A stretch of DNA of 64,000 nt from the NCBI RefSeq assembly GCF_028368995.1, contig NZ_JAQNDL010000004.1:512001-576000 (forward strand), given 5' to 3'. The stretch comes from Nannocystis bainbridge. GTDB lineage: Bacteria > Myxococcota_A > Polyangia > Nannocystales > Nannocystaceae. Positions 7,597 through 22,513 of the stretch are shown here, piece by piece. A model generated the notes under the pieces. The model searched no databases and had not been told where the DNA came from. It was given only the letters and a program-made list of their open reading frames with translations. The stretch's first letter is position 1. Every line of letters starts with the position of its first letter. The position numbers were made by a program, and so were the translations under genes.

Positions 7597-10509
7597 TCAG
7601 GCGTCGGGGCGTTTGGCGGCGAGATCGGCGATGAAGGCTTCGATCTCGGCTTCGCAGGCGATCTGCGGCGAGCGGGATGGGTCGAAGGGGGGCAGTTCGG
7701 GCGGGGGCAGGCCGAGGGCGGCGAGTAGGCGAGTGCACAGGCGCAGCTCGTCGAACCAGGCGAACGGGGGGCCGTCGGCCCAGGCTTCGCGGTAGGCTTC
7801 GAGGGCCAGCGGGCGGGCGAGGTCGGGTTCGCCGAGGGCGAGGTGGGCTTCGGCGAGGGGGCGGTCGGCGGCGTCGTGGGCGTCGGCGAGGAACCGGCGG
7901 GCTTCGGCGGGGCGGCCGAGGTGGGCGAGGCAGGTGGCGAGGCGGGCGCGGTAGCCGGCGTGGGTGGCGCCCATGCGGCGCGCGAGCCGGAGGGCCTCGT
8001 TCAGGTGGGGCTCGGCGTCGGCGTAGGCGCCGGCAGCCATGGCGATGCGGGCGAGGAGCGCGTGCAGCTGGGCGGTGTCGAAGACGCGAGGGGTCCGTTC
8101 GAGCTCGCGCCAGGCGGCCGCGAGCCACGGCGCCGGATCGTCGCCGCGGTAGATCGCGAGCTCGATGCGGTTGCGGGTGAGGGTGAGGCGGTCGTTGGTG
8201 TCGAGCTCGCCGTCGTCGATCGCGGCGAGGTCGGCCTCGGCGTCGTGCCATCGTCCGAGCTCGATGGCGAGGCGGGCGCGGTGGCGCAGCGGGAGGGCCT
8301 GCTTGCCGCCGGCAGCGACGGCGAGGCGGTGGGCGAGGTCGAAGGTCCGCAGGGCCGCGTGGGTGTGGTCCTCGGCCTCGATCGAGAGGGCCCAGTTGAC
8401 GAGGCTGACGACCACGGCGTCGGGGTTGCGGCGTCGGAGGTTGATGCGGATGCTGAGCTCGCGCAGGGCCTCGGCGTCGCGGTCGCGCCCGACGAGCGCG
8501 AGCGCGTTGGAGAGGAGGGTGATCGCCACGCTCTGGCCCCAGGGGTCGGACAGCGCGGGCGGCTCGCGCAGGCCGCGGGTGAAGAGGGGGGTCAGCAGCT
8601 CGACGATGGTGGCGAAGGCCGAGAGGCGCTCGTCGAGCGGAGCGCTCAGACGGTCGTAGTACAGCTCGAAGGCGGCGTAGAAGTCGCCGGCGCCGATGAG
8701 CGCGCTGTAGATCTCGATGGTGCGCTGGAGGTCGGCGAGGCTGCGGACGCTGGCCTTGGGCTCGGGTGGGAGCTGCTCGAAGTGATCGCGGATCGCCTCG
8801 AAGGCGGCGGTGCGATCGGGGCCGGCGAGGCGCTCGAAGGCGTGGGCGCGGATGACCGGGTGGAGGTCGTGGCGGTTGCTGCCGCGGTCCCAGTGCAGGA
8901 AGCCGCGGGCCTCGAGCAGGCACAGGTCGGCGTGGACGCCGGCGTAGTGGGCGAGGACGCCGGGCAGGCGAGCGTAGGTGCCGGCGAGCGCGTGATAGAC
9001 GTCCCAGGCGTCTCGGCGGGCGCGGAGCTCGTCGTGGCGGTCCTGCAGATAGGTGAGGGTGCCCGGCGAGGTCTCGTCGGCGAGGGCGCGCTCGAGCTGG
9101 CGCAGCGGCGCGAGGGGCTGCGGAGGCGGGCGTCGCAGGCCGAGCGGGGGCGGATCGGCGAGGGCGAGCACGGTGTCGATGCCGACCGGCGCGCGCAGGG
9201 CGGCGATCCGCGACAGCAGCCGGGCGGCGCGGGCCGGCAAGAGCTCGAAGGCGGTGTCGAGGATGTGCGCGCGCAAGACGGCGGGCGCCTCGTGGGCGCG
9301 GCCGCTGATGGTCGTGGGCCGGGCGTAGTCGTGCATGCAGCCGGCGAGCAGGCGCCACAGCAGGCTGGAGTGGCCGAGCTTCGCCATCGTCTGCGTGGTC
9401 GAGTCGACCCACCACGCTTCGGGGTCGAGCCCGTGCGCGCGCAACAGGCCGGGGATGTCGGCGGGATCGAGGCCCTGGGCCGCGGAGAGCTCGACGCCGG
9501 GGACCAGCGCTTCACCGTCGCGCAGGTCGCTCGGGAAGATCCGCGAGGTCGCCAGCAGCCGCGACGGGCTGGCCTGGACCAGCGCGCGCAGGAACCTGCC
9601 ATCGCGCGGGTCGGTGCAGGCGTGAAGGTCGAGGGCGGCGTCGGCGACATCGTCCGGCAGGCGCGCGGCGTCGAGGCGGTGGTAGGCGACGAGGGCTCGC
9701 TCGAGGCCGTCGAGCACGAGCAGGAACGGGCGCGCCTGCAGGGCGGCGAGGATCCGCTGCTCGAGGGCGGGTCGGTCGGCGCGCAGGGCGTCGAGCGGCG
9801 CCATGCCGGTGGCGTAGATCGCAAGGTGGCGGATCAGGGCGTCGAAGTCGGCGCCGCCCTCGTAGAAGCTCCACCACAGGCAACCAGCCCAGGGCGCGTC
9901 GACGAGCCGCCGCTGCAGCCAGGCCCAGGCGAGGGCGCTCTTGCCGACGCCGCCGAGAGCGACGAGGACCCGCGCCGGCTGGCCATGCGCGAGCCAGAGG
10001 TCGAGCTCCGCGAGGTCGGCGGTGCGGCCGGTGAAGACGCGCGATTGAAAGTAGGGGTGGACGAGGTAGGGGGCCGGTAGCGGCGGCGGAGCGGGGAGAT
10101 GGGCGTCGAGGGCGGTGGTGGTGGCGTCGCCTTTGGCGGCGTCGTCCTCGTCCTCGTCCTCGTCATCGTCCTCGACGTCGTCATTGCCATCGTCATCATC
10201 ATCCTCATCGCCGGCATCCTCATCGACGTCGCCGACGTCATCGACGTCGGCATCCTCGCTGCTCTCTGCAGGCAAACCGAGCAGGCGCAGTTCGGCGTAG
10301 GCGGCGGGGCCGATGTTCGCGCCCTCCGGGAGGCGCAGGTCGGCGGGGCCGGGGTCATTGCCGATGCGGACGACCAGCGCGGTCTCGGCATCCTCGGTCT
10401 CTTCGGATATGTCGCATGGGACATGTCCTGCGCGCCATGCGGCGTCGAAGACGGCGGTATGGGCGGGTTCGGGGGCGAAGACGACGACGCGTCGGGGCGG
10501 CATCGCCAC
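7597..10509 (-). CDS. STAND-class (NB-ARC/AAA-like) NTPase with C-terminal TPR-like repeats and an N-terminal acidic tract
   Basis: FTGRTADL, Walker A ALGGVGKS, WWSFYE, Walker B FLLVLDGLE, LLATSR, DLHPVIR (MHD-like); helical repeats follow; long D/E run near the N-terminus. Confidence 0.8.
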   Translation of the reverse strand: MAMPPRRVVVFAPEPAHTAVFDAAWRAGHVPCDISEETEDAETALVVRIGNDPGPADLRLPEGANIGPAAYAELRLLGLPAESSEDADVDDVGDVDEDAGDEDDDDDGNDDVEDDDEDEDEDDAAKGDATTTALDAHLPAPPPLPAPYLVHPYFQSRVFTGRTADLAELDLWLAHGQPARVLVALGGVGKSALAWAWLQRRLVDAPWAGCLWWSFYEGGADFDALIRHLAIYATGMAPLDALRADRPALEQRILAALQARPFLLVLDGLERALVAYHRLDAARLPDDVADAALDLHACTDPRDGRFLRALVQASPSRLLATSRIFPSDLRDGEALVPGVELSAAQGLDPADIPGLLRAHGLDPEAWWVDSTTQTMAKLGHSSLLWRLLAGCMHDYARPTTISGRAHEAPAVLRAHILDTAFELLPARAARLLSRIAALRAPVGIDTVLALADPPPLGLRRPPPQPLAPLRQLERALADETSPGTLTYLQDRHDELRARRDAWDVYHALAGTYARLPGVLAHYAGVHADLCLLEARGFLHWDRGSNRHDLHPVIRAHAFERLAGPDRTAAFEAIRDHFEQLPPEPKASVRSLADLQRTIEIYSALIGAGDFYAAFELYYDRLSAPLDERLSAFATIVELLTPLFTRGLREPPALSDPWGQSVAITLLSNALALVGRDRDAEALRELSIRINLRRRNPDAVVVSLVNWALSIEAEDHTHAALRTFDLAHRLAVAAGGKQALPLRHRARLAIELGRWHDAEADLAAIDDGELDTNDRLTLTRNRIELAIYRGDDPAPWLAAAWRELERTPRVFDTAQLHALLARIAMAAGAYADAEPHLNEALRLARRMGATHAGYRARLATCLAHLGRPAEARRFLADAHDAADRPLAEAHLALGEPDLARPLALEAYREAWADGPPFAWFDELRLCTRLLAALGLPPPELPPFDPSRSPQIACEAEIEAFIADLAAKRPDA

Positions 10510-10511
10510 GC

Positions 10512-10900
10512 ATGATCGTCGATGCCGTGGTGGGTGGGAAGCAGGTCGCCCCGGAGGTCGTCCTTCGGTCCGCTGGGCGGCACGGACTGCTTCCTGATCG
10601 GGCGTCCGGGGTCGCCGGCGGGGACGCTGGAAGACGTCGAGGCGTTCCTCGCCGGCTGCTGCGTCCCTTGTCGGCTACCGGCGGACGACACGGCCGATGG
10701 CCCCGGGGCGTTCCCGCGCTGGCTGAGTGAACGGCGAGGTGCCCTGTGCCCCGGGTGGCCTGGGCGCGCTGCTGTCGCGCCTGACGTCGCAGCCGATCGC
10801 GGCGCTGTGGGACGAGCTCGAGCTGTTAGCGAGGCGCAGCTCGGCGTGGCGCGCGGTCGTACCCGCTGCAGCTCATGCGCTGCGGCTACGTGACCGCGGG
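10512..10900 (+). pseudogene. Probable frameshifted small hypothetical gene
   Basis: Protein-like FLIGRPGS...LEDVEAFLAGC...FPRWLSERRG in one frame seems to continue as PGGLGALLSRLTSQPIAALWDELE in another frame near 10740. Confidence 0.35.
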
Positions 10901-10931
10901 CACGGCGAAGCGGTCTGGATGACCGCAGGCA

Positions 10932-11005
10932 CATGTTTTAATGGACATGTTCCAGAGGACATGTCCTCGGCGGCATGTCGCGCGGGACATGCCGCTCAGG
11001 ACAGG
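10932..11005. repeat. 14-bp-phased array (5 units)
   Basis: CATG at 10932, 10946, 10960, 10974, 10988 and CAGG at 11002. Confidence 0.9.
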
Positions 11006-11006
11006 C

Positions 11007-15250
<4,244 letters not shown>

Positions 15251-15613
15251 GGGGACGATACGGCAGTTGCCCGCGAGCGGCACGTGATCTGCGCGAGAAA
15301 AAGCCTGTGCGCTAGTGTTTCTGCGCAACGAACGGCAAGGCCGAGGTCCCTGGACCCCGACTTCGGCGCGATTCGCCCCTGAGGGCACAAAATCGCGCAG
15401 AACGCCGTTTATTGTGCGTTTCGTCCGCTCATGGTCCGCCCGCGAGGGGTTGGATCGCCGCCTCGGGGATCGGAGCATTTCCCGTTGCAATTCGGCACTT
15501 CGCCGGCGCGTGCCCCAGCCGCGCCCGGCCCTGAGCGACGCGACGCGAACGCCTCGCCCGGCACTACGCCGGTCGAGGCTCGCGCCACCGGACTCGTACC
15601 CCGCAGGACCCCC

Positions 15614-17164
<1,551 letters not shown>

Positions 17165-17186
17165 GCGGCACGGCTGTACCTCGGGA

Positions 17187-17260
17187 CATGTCCCTGGCGG
17201 CATGTCCCGAGCGACATGGGCTCGAGGGCATGTCGCTTGGAGCATGTCCTCGAGGACAGG
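17187..17260. repeat. 14-bp-phased array (5 units) at a convergent junction
   Basis: CATG at 17187, 17201, 17215, 17229, 17243 and CAGG at 17257. Confidence 0.92.
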
Positions 17261-17303
17261 ACACGGCCCGAGCGCCGCGGACCAGGCGCGGCTGTCCAGG
17301 GCC

Positions 17304-19127
17304 TCAGGCGCGGGGGTTGACGAGGGCGCTGGCGAGGGCGTCGCCGAGGGCCTCGATGTGCTCGCCGGCCAGCGCCGGGACCAGGGTCGCCGGGGCGGCG
17401 GAGAAGATGACGCTGGCGCCGCGGGCGACCAGGCCGCGGGCGGCTTCCTGGACGGTCTCGGCGGTGGTCGGCTCGACGCCGGTGACGCCGGTGAAGTCGA
17501 CGATCAGCGTGCGTGGGCCGGGGGGCACGTCGGCGGTGGCCTCGAGCAGCTGCTGGGCGCGGGCGTCGTCGAGCGCGCCGGTCACCGGGATGACCGCGAG
17601 CTCGTCGATGATCGCCAGCACCGGCACGGCGCGGCGGGCCAGCAGGCCGCCCTGGCGCTCGAGCAGGACGTCGCGGCCCTCGAGCCGGTGGCGCTCGGCG
17701 CGGGCGTCCTCCGAGGTGTCGAGCAGGACGCCGACGGCCTTGCCGGCGACGCCCGCGAGCGGGGCGGCGAACACGGCCAGGGCCGGCTCGCCGACAAGGT
17801 CGCGGCGCAACTCGGCGCCGGCGCCGAGAGCCTCGGCGAGGGCGGCGGCGACCGGGAGGTGGGCGCCACCGGTCAGGCCGAGGGCGGTCCAGCGCGCATT
17901 GCCCTGCAGATCCTCGCCGGCGCCGATCACCGCCGCGACGGGCACGGCCTCGAGATCGTGGGGAGCAGCGGCGGCGGCCTCGGCGAGCAGCGCCCGGCCG
18001 GCCAGGCTGACCGCGGCGGGGCCCGCCAGCGCGACGTAGAGGCGGCGCAGGGCGGTCGGCAGCGGGCGCGGCGACGACCAGCCGAGCTCGAGCAGGGCGA
18101 CCTCACGCCCGCCCCAGGCCAGCGGCAGCAGCAGGGTGGCGCCGTGGGTGGCGCCGTCGGGACCCGTGGGCTCGGCCTGGCGGGGGGTCGGCGCGCCGGG
18201 CTCGATCTCGGACGGGGTGTCCGATCGGACCTGTTCGAACAGCCATGGCTCGTTGGGCCTGGCGAACAGGCCAGCCAGGTCGGCGAGCGGGCGCGTGGCC
18301 GGACCGGGGCCGGCGCGCAGCACCAGGTGGGTCGGGTCGGCGGGGTCGCGCAGCCACAGCGCGGCGGTCGAGGCGTCGATCGCCTGGGCCGGCTCGGCCA
18401 GCGCGGCCAGCGTCTCCTCGAGGTCAGCGGACTCGGTCAGCGCCAGCGCGGCCACGTACATCGTGTTGGCTTCGTCGATGGCGCGCTGGTGGTCGCGCAG
18501 GGCGTCGCGGGCGACCAGCAGCGAGGCGACGGCGGCGCCGAGCATGTCGTAGACGAGCCGCTCGCGCGGGCTCGGGATGTGGACGATCCGCCACGACAGC
18601 ACCAGCACACCGGGCCAGCGCGCCTCGGGGCCGCCGGTGGTGAGCGGCAGGACGACCAGGGCCTGGGCGCTGCGCTCGCTCGGGTGCGCGGCGGGGCGCG
18701 GGTCGGCCGAGAGGTCGTGCACCACCAGCGCTTGCCGCGGCGCCGCCAGCCAGCGCGCCAGCACCGGGTGGTCGGCGAGCGCGAACGGCCGCCCGAGCAG
18801 CGGGTCGGTGGCCGGGCAGATGCCGGCCTGCCACACGCTCGAGAGCTCGGCGTGGGTCGGCACGCTGGCGTCGGTCTGGGCCGGGCGCGGGCCGCTGCGG
18901 TCGATGAAGCGCGGGTCGTGCGAGCCGAGGTCGCCGGGGTCGTCGCGCAAAGTGTAGAGGCGGATCAGCGACGGGCCGTAGCTGCCGACCGCCGAGGCGA
19001 CGGCGCGCAGGACGGCGTCGTCGGTGTCGGCTTCGACGAGGGCGAGCAGGGCCCGGGCGAAGGTCGTGGCCAGTTCCACGCCCTGAGGGCCGTGGAAACC
19101 TGCTTCGGCGCGCGGGTCTGGGATCAT
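17304..19127 (-). CDS. GAF-domain(s) plus degenerate STAS (RsbR-like) protein
   Basis: ALVVLPL...WPGVLVLSW GAF-like segments; C-terminal VPVLAIIDELAVIPVTGALDDARA...LIVDFTGV; start uncertain. Confidence 0.7.
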   Translation of the reverse strand: MIPDPRAEAGFHGPQGVELATTFARALLALVEADTDDAVLRAVASAVGSYGPSLIRLYTLRDDPGDLGSHDPRFIDRSGPRPAQTDASVPTHAELSSVWQAGICPATDPLLGRPFALADHPVLARWLAAPRQALVVHDLSADPRPAAHPSERSAQALVVLPLTTGGPEARWPGVLVLSWRIVHIPSPRERLVYDMLGAAVASLLVARDALRDHQRAIDEANTMYVAALALTESADLEETLAALAEPAQAIDASTAALWLRDPADPTHLVLRAGPGPATRPLADLAGLFARPNEPWLFEQVRSDTPSEIEPGAPTPRQAEPTGPDGATHGATLLLPLAWGGREVALLELGWSSPRPLPTALRRLYVALAGPAAVSLAGRALLAEAAAAAPHDLEAVPVAAVIGAGEDLQGNARWTALGLTGGAHLPVAAALAEALGAGAELRRDLVGEPALAVFAAPLAGVAGKAVGVLLDTSEDARAERHRLEGRDVLLERQGGLLARRAVPVLAIIDELAVIPVTGALDDARAQQLLEATADVPPGPRTLIVDFTGVTGVEPTTAETVQEAARGLVARGASVIFSAAPATLVPALAGEHIEALGDALASALVNPRA

Positions 19128-19216
19128 GAGAGCCGCTAGAGACGATGAGCCGAGCGGCGGCCGAGCACAAGCGCTTTCTGTGGCGCGACCCTCTGCACCC
19201 GCGCTATAGCGCCGGC

Positions 19217-20281
19217 ATGCGCGAATGGGTGCTGTACGGCGCCAATGGTTACACCGGCGAGCTCATCGCCCGTCAGGCGGCCTCCGAGGGTCTGCGCCCG
19301 ATCCTGGCCGGCCGCGACGCGCCGGCGATCCGCCGGCTGGCCGGCGAACTCGGGCTCGAAGCGCGGGTGTTCGCCCTCGACGATCCGGAGGCCCTGCGCC
19401 GCGGGCTCGCAGGCGCCGCCCTGGTGCTGCACGCCGCCGGGCCGTTCTCGCGGACCAGCGCGCCGATGGTCGCGGCCTGCCTCGAGAGCGAAGTCCATTA
19501 CCTCGACATCACCGGTGAGATCCCCGTGTTCGAGGCCTGCAGGGCCCAGGACGCCCGCGCGCGCGAGCGCGGCGTGGTCCTGATGCCCGGCGTCGGCTTC
19601 GACGTGGTGCCCTCGGACTGCCTGGCCAAGGCGCTGGCCGAGGCCCTGCCGGAGGCGACGCGGCTCGAGCTGGCGATCCTGGCGCTCGGCGAGCTCAGCC
19701 GTGGCACCACCAAGACGATGATCGAGCACCTCGGCGCCGGCGGGGTGGTGCGCGAGGGCGGCCGCCTGGTCCCGATCGCCCCGGGCTCGCGCACCCGCAC
19801 CGTCCGCCTCGGCGGGCGCGAGCGCCTGGTGGTGGCGGTGCCGTGGGGCGATCTGGCGACCGCGTACGCGTCGACGGGGATCGAGAACATCACCACGTGG
19901 ATGAGCTTCCCGAAGGCGCAGATCCGCGGCATGCGGGCGCTCCGGCTGCTGGCGCCGCTGCTGCGCCTCCGGCCGGTGATCAAGGTGCTGCAGGCGCTGG
20001 TCGACCGCCGGGTCACCGGACCCGACGAGCAGGTCCGCGAGGCCGGCTCGAGCGAGATCTGGGGCCGCGTCGAGGCGCCCGACGGCCGGGCCGTGGAGGG
20101 CCGGGTGCGCACGCCCGAGGGCTACAAGTTCACGGTGATCGCGTCGCTGGCGAGCGTCCGTCGCATGCTCGAGGCGGCGCCGGCCGCCGGCTACCAGACG
20201 CCGGCGACGGCGTTCGGCAGCGGCTTCGTCGCCACGCTGCCGGGCTGCTCGCTGACGGTGCCCGAGACGGCTGGCGCTTAG
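19217..20281 (+). CDS. Saccharopine dehydrogenase-like NAD(P)-binding oxidoreductase
   Basis: LYGANGYTG, LAGR, HAAGPF, HYLDITGE, GVGFDVVPSD, GYQTPA. Confidence 0.9.
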   Translation: MREWVLYGANGYTGELIARQAASEGLRPILAGRDAPAIRRLAGELGLEARVFALDDPEALRRGLAGAALVLHAAGPFSRTSAPMVAACLESEVHYLDITGEIPVFEACRAQDARARERGVVLMPGVGFDVVPSDCLAKALAEALPEATRLELAILALGELSRGTTKTMIEHLGAGGVVREGGRLVPIAPGSRTRTVRLGGRERLVVAVPWGDLATAYASTGIENITTWMSFPKAQIRGMRALRLLAPLLRLRPVIKVLQALVDRRVTGPDEQVREAGSSEIWGRVEAPDGRAVEGRVRTPEGYKFTVIASLASVRRMLEAAPAAGYQTPATAFGSGFVATLPGCSLTVPETAGA

Positions 20282-20283
20282 GG

Positions 20284-20331
20284 CATGTTTGAACGGGCAT
20301 GTCCGAGCGGCCATGTCCGTTCGGGCATGTC
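20284..20331. repeat. 14-bp-phased array (3 units) at a convergent junction
   Basis: CATG at 20284, 20298, 20312 and 20326. Confidence 0.9.
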
Positions 20332-20344
20332 CGAGCGCGGTGGG

Positions 20345-20863
20345 TCACTGGTTCAGGTGCAGTGGAAACTCGCAGTCGTCGCACGGCTCGACGAGCTCGT
20401 AGGTGTATTCGCGGACCACGGTGCAGCCCTTGCCGGCCCAGGCGCAGCTGCCGTCGTCCTGCCAGTCGCTCGTGATCCGGCTGCGCACCGTCTCGCCGTC
20501 GACGGGCTCGACCTCGATGCGCTCGGTCCCCCGGCAACCGCTTGGCTGCCCCTCGTGGGCGTACTCGCCGGTCTGCGCGTCGCGGGCGACGTGCTCGAAG
20601 ACATAGCCGGTCAGGGCCACGCACGCCTCGCAGGAGGCGGAGATGCCGAGAAATTCGGTGTAGGGCACCTTGAACCCGTCTCTCTCGACGTGGACGACCT
20701 CTTCCCCGACGAAGCTGTCGTCGAGCTTCGGGTGGCAGTCGTTCTCGAGGGTGACGGCGGAGATCCGGTAGACCCCGGACGGCGGTGACGCTTCGGGCTC
20801 GGGGCCGCAACCGGGAGAGCCGACCAGGACAGCCGCGAGCGCGAGGGCAGGGCGAGCGAACAT
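20345..20863 (-). CDS. Hypothetical Cys-containing lipoprotein
   Basis: MFARPALALAAVLVGSPGC signal/lipobox; GC3-biased codons. Confidence 0.7.
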   Translation of the reverse strand: MFARPALALAAVLVGSPGCGPEPEASPPSGVYRISAVTLENDCHPKLDDSFVGEEVVHVERDGFKVPYTEFLGISASCEACVALTGYVFEHVARDAQTGEYAHEGQPSGCRGTERIEVEPVDGETVRSRITSDWQDDGSCAWAGKGCTVVREYTYELVEPCDDCEFPLHLNQ

Positions 20864-20909
20864 GGTGGCGAGGCTAGCGCGGCGACCCAGGTGGTGCACG
20901 TCGGGGCCG

Positions 20910-21680
20910 TCAGTCGGTGCGCAGGGCGGTGCAGTGGCCCTCGCCGTTGATGTGGCCGAGGGTGGCGGTCAGCTGCTCGACGAACGACCACAGGTCGGTG
21001 ATGTTCGTCAGGTTGCCGACTTGATAGCGCTCCTGGGTGGTGATGTCGACGCCGCGCAGGTCGTCGGCGGTCAGCTCGCCGTCGCCGTCGTCGCTGGCGG
21101 CGATCAGGTCGAAGGCGACCTTCGGGTTCTCGGCGAACAGGTCGTCGTAGAACAGGTGGTCGGCGTGGATGGTGAGCTGGACGTCGGTCGAGCCGGCCAG
21201 GTCGCAGCCGCTGTAGCGGGTGCGGGTCGAGAAGCCCCAGATGAAGTTCAGCGACTCGCCGCCGCGGGTGGCCTTGCCCTCGACGTAGATCGAGTGGCCG
21301 CCGGTCTTCATCAGCGCGACGTCGTCCTCGGTGGCGTTGCCGGCGATCACGTCGCTGCTCGGGCCGACGACGTAGTCGGCGCTGGGGTTCTCGGCGGTGA
21401 TCGTGCCGTCGATGATCGGGAAGCCAGCGCCATCGCTGGCCTGGGCGAGGTCGAAGATCCGGTACGGCTCGTCCTCTTCGCCGAGCGGCTGATCGGCGAC
21501 GCGGATGTCGCCGACGCTGACGAGGAACTTGTCGAAGCTGACGGACCAACCGTCGGAGAAGATGGCGGTGGGGATGCCCTCTTCGATGAACTCCTCGCCG
21601 TAGACGGAGGCCTCGTAGGTGCGCTCGGTGGCGGTGGTGCAGGCGCAGACGAGCAGGAGCGGGATCAGGACGGTGCGCAT
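20910..21680 (-). CDS. Hypothetical acidic lipoprotein (TonB-receptor associated)
   Basis: MRTVLIPLLLVCAC lipobox; GEEFIEEGIP, DGWSVSFDKF, TIHADHLFYD, GHINGEGHC; GGAG RBS. Confidence 0.8.
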   Translation of the reverse strand: MRTVLIPLLLVCACTTATERTYEASVYGEEFIEEGIPTAIFSDGWSVSFDKFLVSVGDIRVADQPLGEEDEPYRIFDLAQASDGAGFPIIDGTITAENPSADYVVGPSSDVIAGNATEDDVALMKTGGHSIYVEGKATRGGESLNFIWGFSTRTRYSGCDLAGSTDVQLTIHADHLFYDDLFAENPKVAFDLIAASDDGDGELTADDLRGVDITTQERYQVGNLTNITDLWSFVEQLTATLGHINGEGHCTALRTD

Positions 21681-21693
21681 GGCGATTCTCCGG

Positions 21694-22452
21694 TCAGAGA
21701 GGAGCGACAGTGTAGAACACGTGAGACTGTAAGGCGCGCCGGACGAGGTTGTGCGCGGGGTCGCCGGGGCCGATGCGCACCGGGGTGCCGTCGCCCGGAT
21801 CGAGGGCGGCGAAGTCGATGCCGTCGAACAGCGCGGCGCCGCTGCCGTCGTCGCGCAGGCGCAGCTGGAGGCCGAGCGTCTCGGTGGTGCCCTCGTCGAT
21901 CTCGAGGTCGAACGGCGCGCCGACGACGGCGGCGCTGTCGTCGAGGTCGAGGATCGCGGTGAAGCCGAGCTCACGGCCGTCCTTGCGGGCGGTGCCGACG
22001 AACTGGGCGGTGTGACCGGCGAGCGGGTCCGCGGCCGGCAGCTCGTCGGCGCGGCGGAAGGCGATGTTGCAGCCGTGGTAGTTGCCGGTCAGCAGCTCGG
22101 CGCGCCCGAGCTCGTCGCCGTCGCCGGCGACCCAGTCGAGCACGAAGCTGCCCGGCAAGGCGCCGGTGACGTCGCCGCCGGCGTAGTGCCCGGGGTGGGC
22201 GATCGCGGGCGGGACGAGCAGATCCCACAGGCGGGCGAGGGCGTGCATCTCGCCCTGGATCGTGAACTCGAGGTCGCCAGCGGCGATACGCGCGGTGTCG
22301 AGGTGGATCGTCCAGCCGAGGTCGGTGGCGGCGTCGACGAGCCGGCCGGCGTCGACGGCGACGGCGAGCTCGACCCGGGTGGCCTCCTGGCTGGGGGCGC
22401 ACGCGGTGGCGAGACAGGTCGCAAGGGACAGGGCGGAGAGGACAGGTCGCAT
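21694..22452 (-). CDS. Hypothetical lipoprotein with an HPGH motif
   Basis: Lipobox LATAC; AIAHPGHYAGGDVTG; alternative in-frame start at 22509. Confidence 0.75.
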   Translation of the reverse strand: MRPVLSALSLATCLATACAPSQEATRVELAVAVDAGRLVDAATDLGWTIHLDTARIAAGDLEFTIQGEMHALARLWDLLVPPAIAHPGHYAGGDVTGALPGSFVLDWVAGDGDELGRAELLTGNYHGCNIAFRRADELPAADPLAGHTAQFVGTARKDGRELGFTAILDLDDSAAVVGAPFDLEIDEGTTETLGLQLRLRDDGSGAALFDGIDFAALDPGDGTPVRIGPGDPAHNLVRRALQSHVFYTVAPL

Positions 22453-22500
22453 CGTGAGGCCCGAAGGACATGTCATGAGGGACAGGGCGTAAAGGACAGG
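22415..22500. repeat. 14-bp units inside an in-frame duplicated signal-peptide start
   Basis: Tetramers at 22415/22429/22443 and 22469/22483/22497; MHRPVLYALSLMTC versus MRPVLSALSLATC. Confidence 0.8.
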
Positions 22501-22513
22501 TCGATGCATGTCG

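Noticed and set aside
10135-10255. Trinucleotide-like repeats (also 30680-30800 and 62690-62990)
   Set aside because: Explained by Asp/Glu- and Thr-rich low-complexity protein linkers.
17187-17260. 14-bp motif as an ordinary transcription-factor operator
   Set aside because: It was not seen in divergent promoter regions and is concentrated at 3' ends and inside genes, the opposite of operator behaviour.
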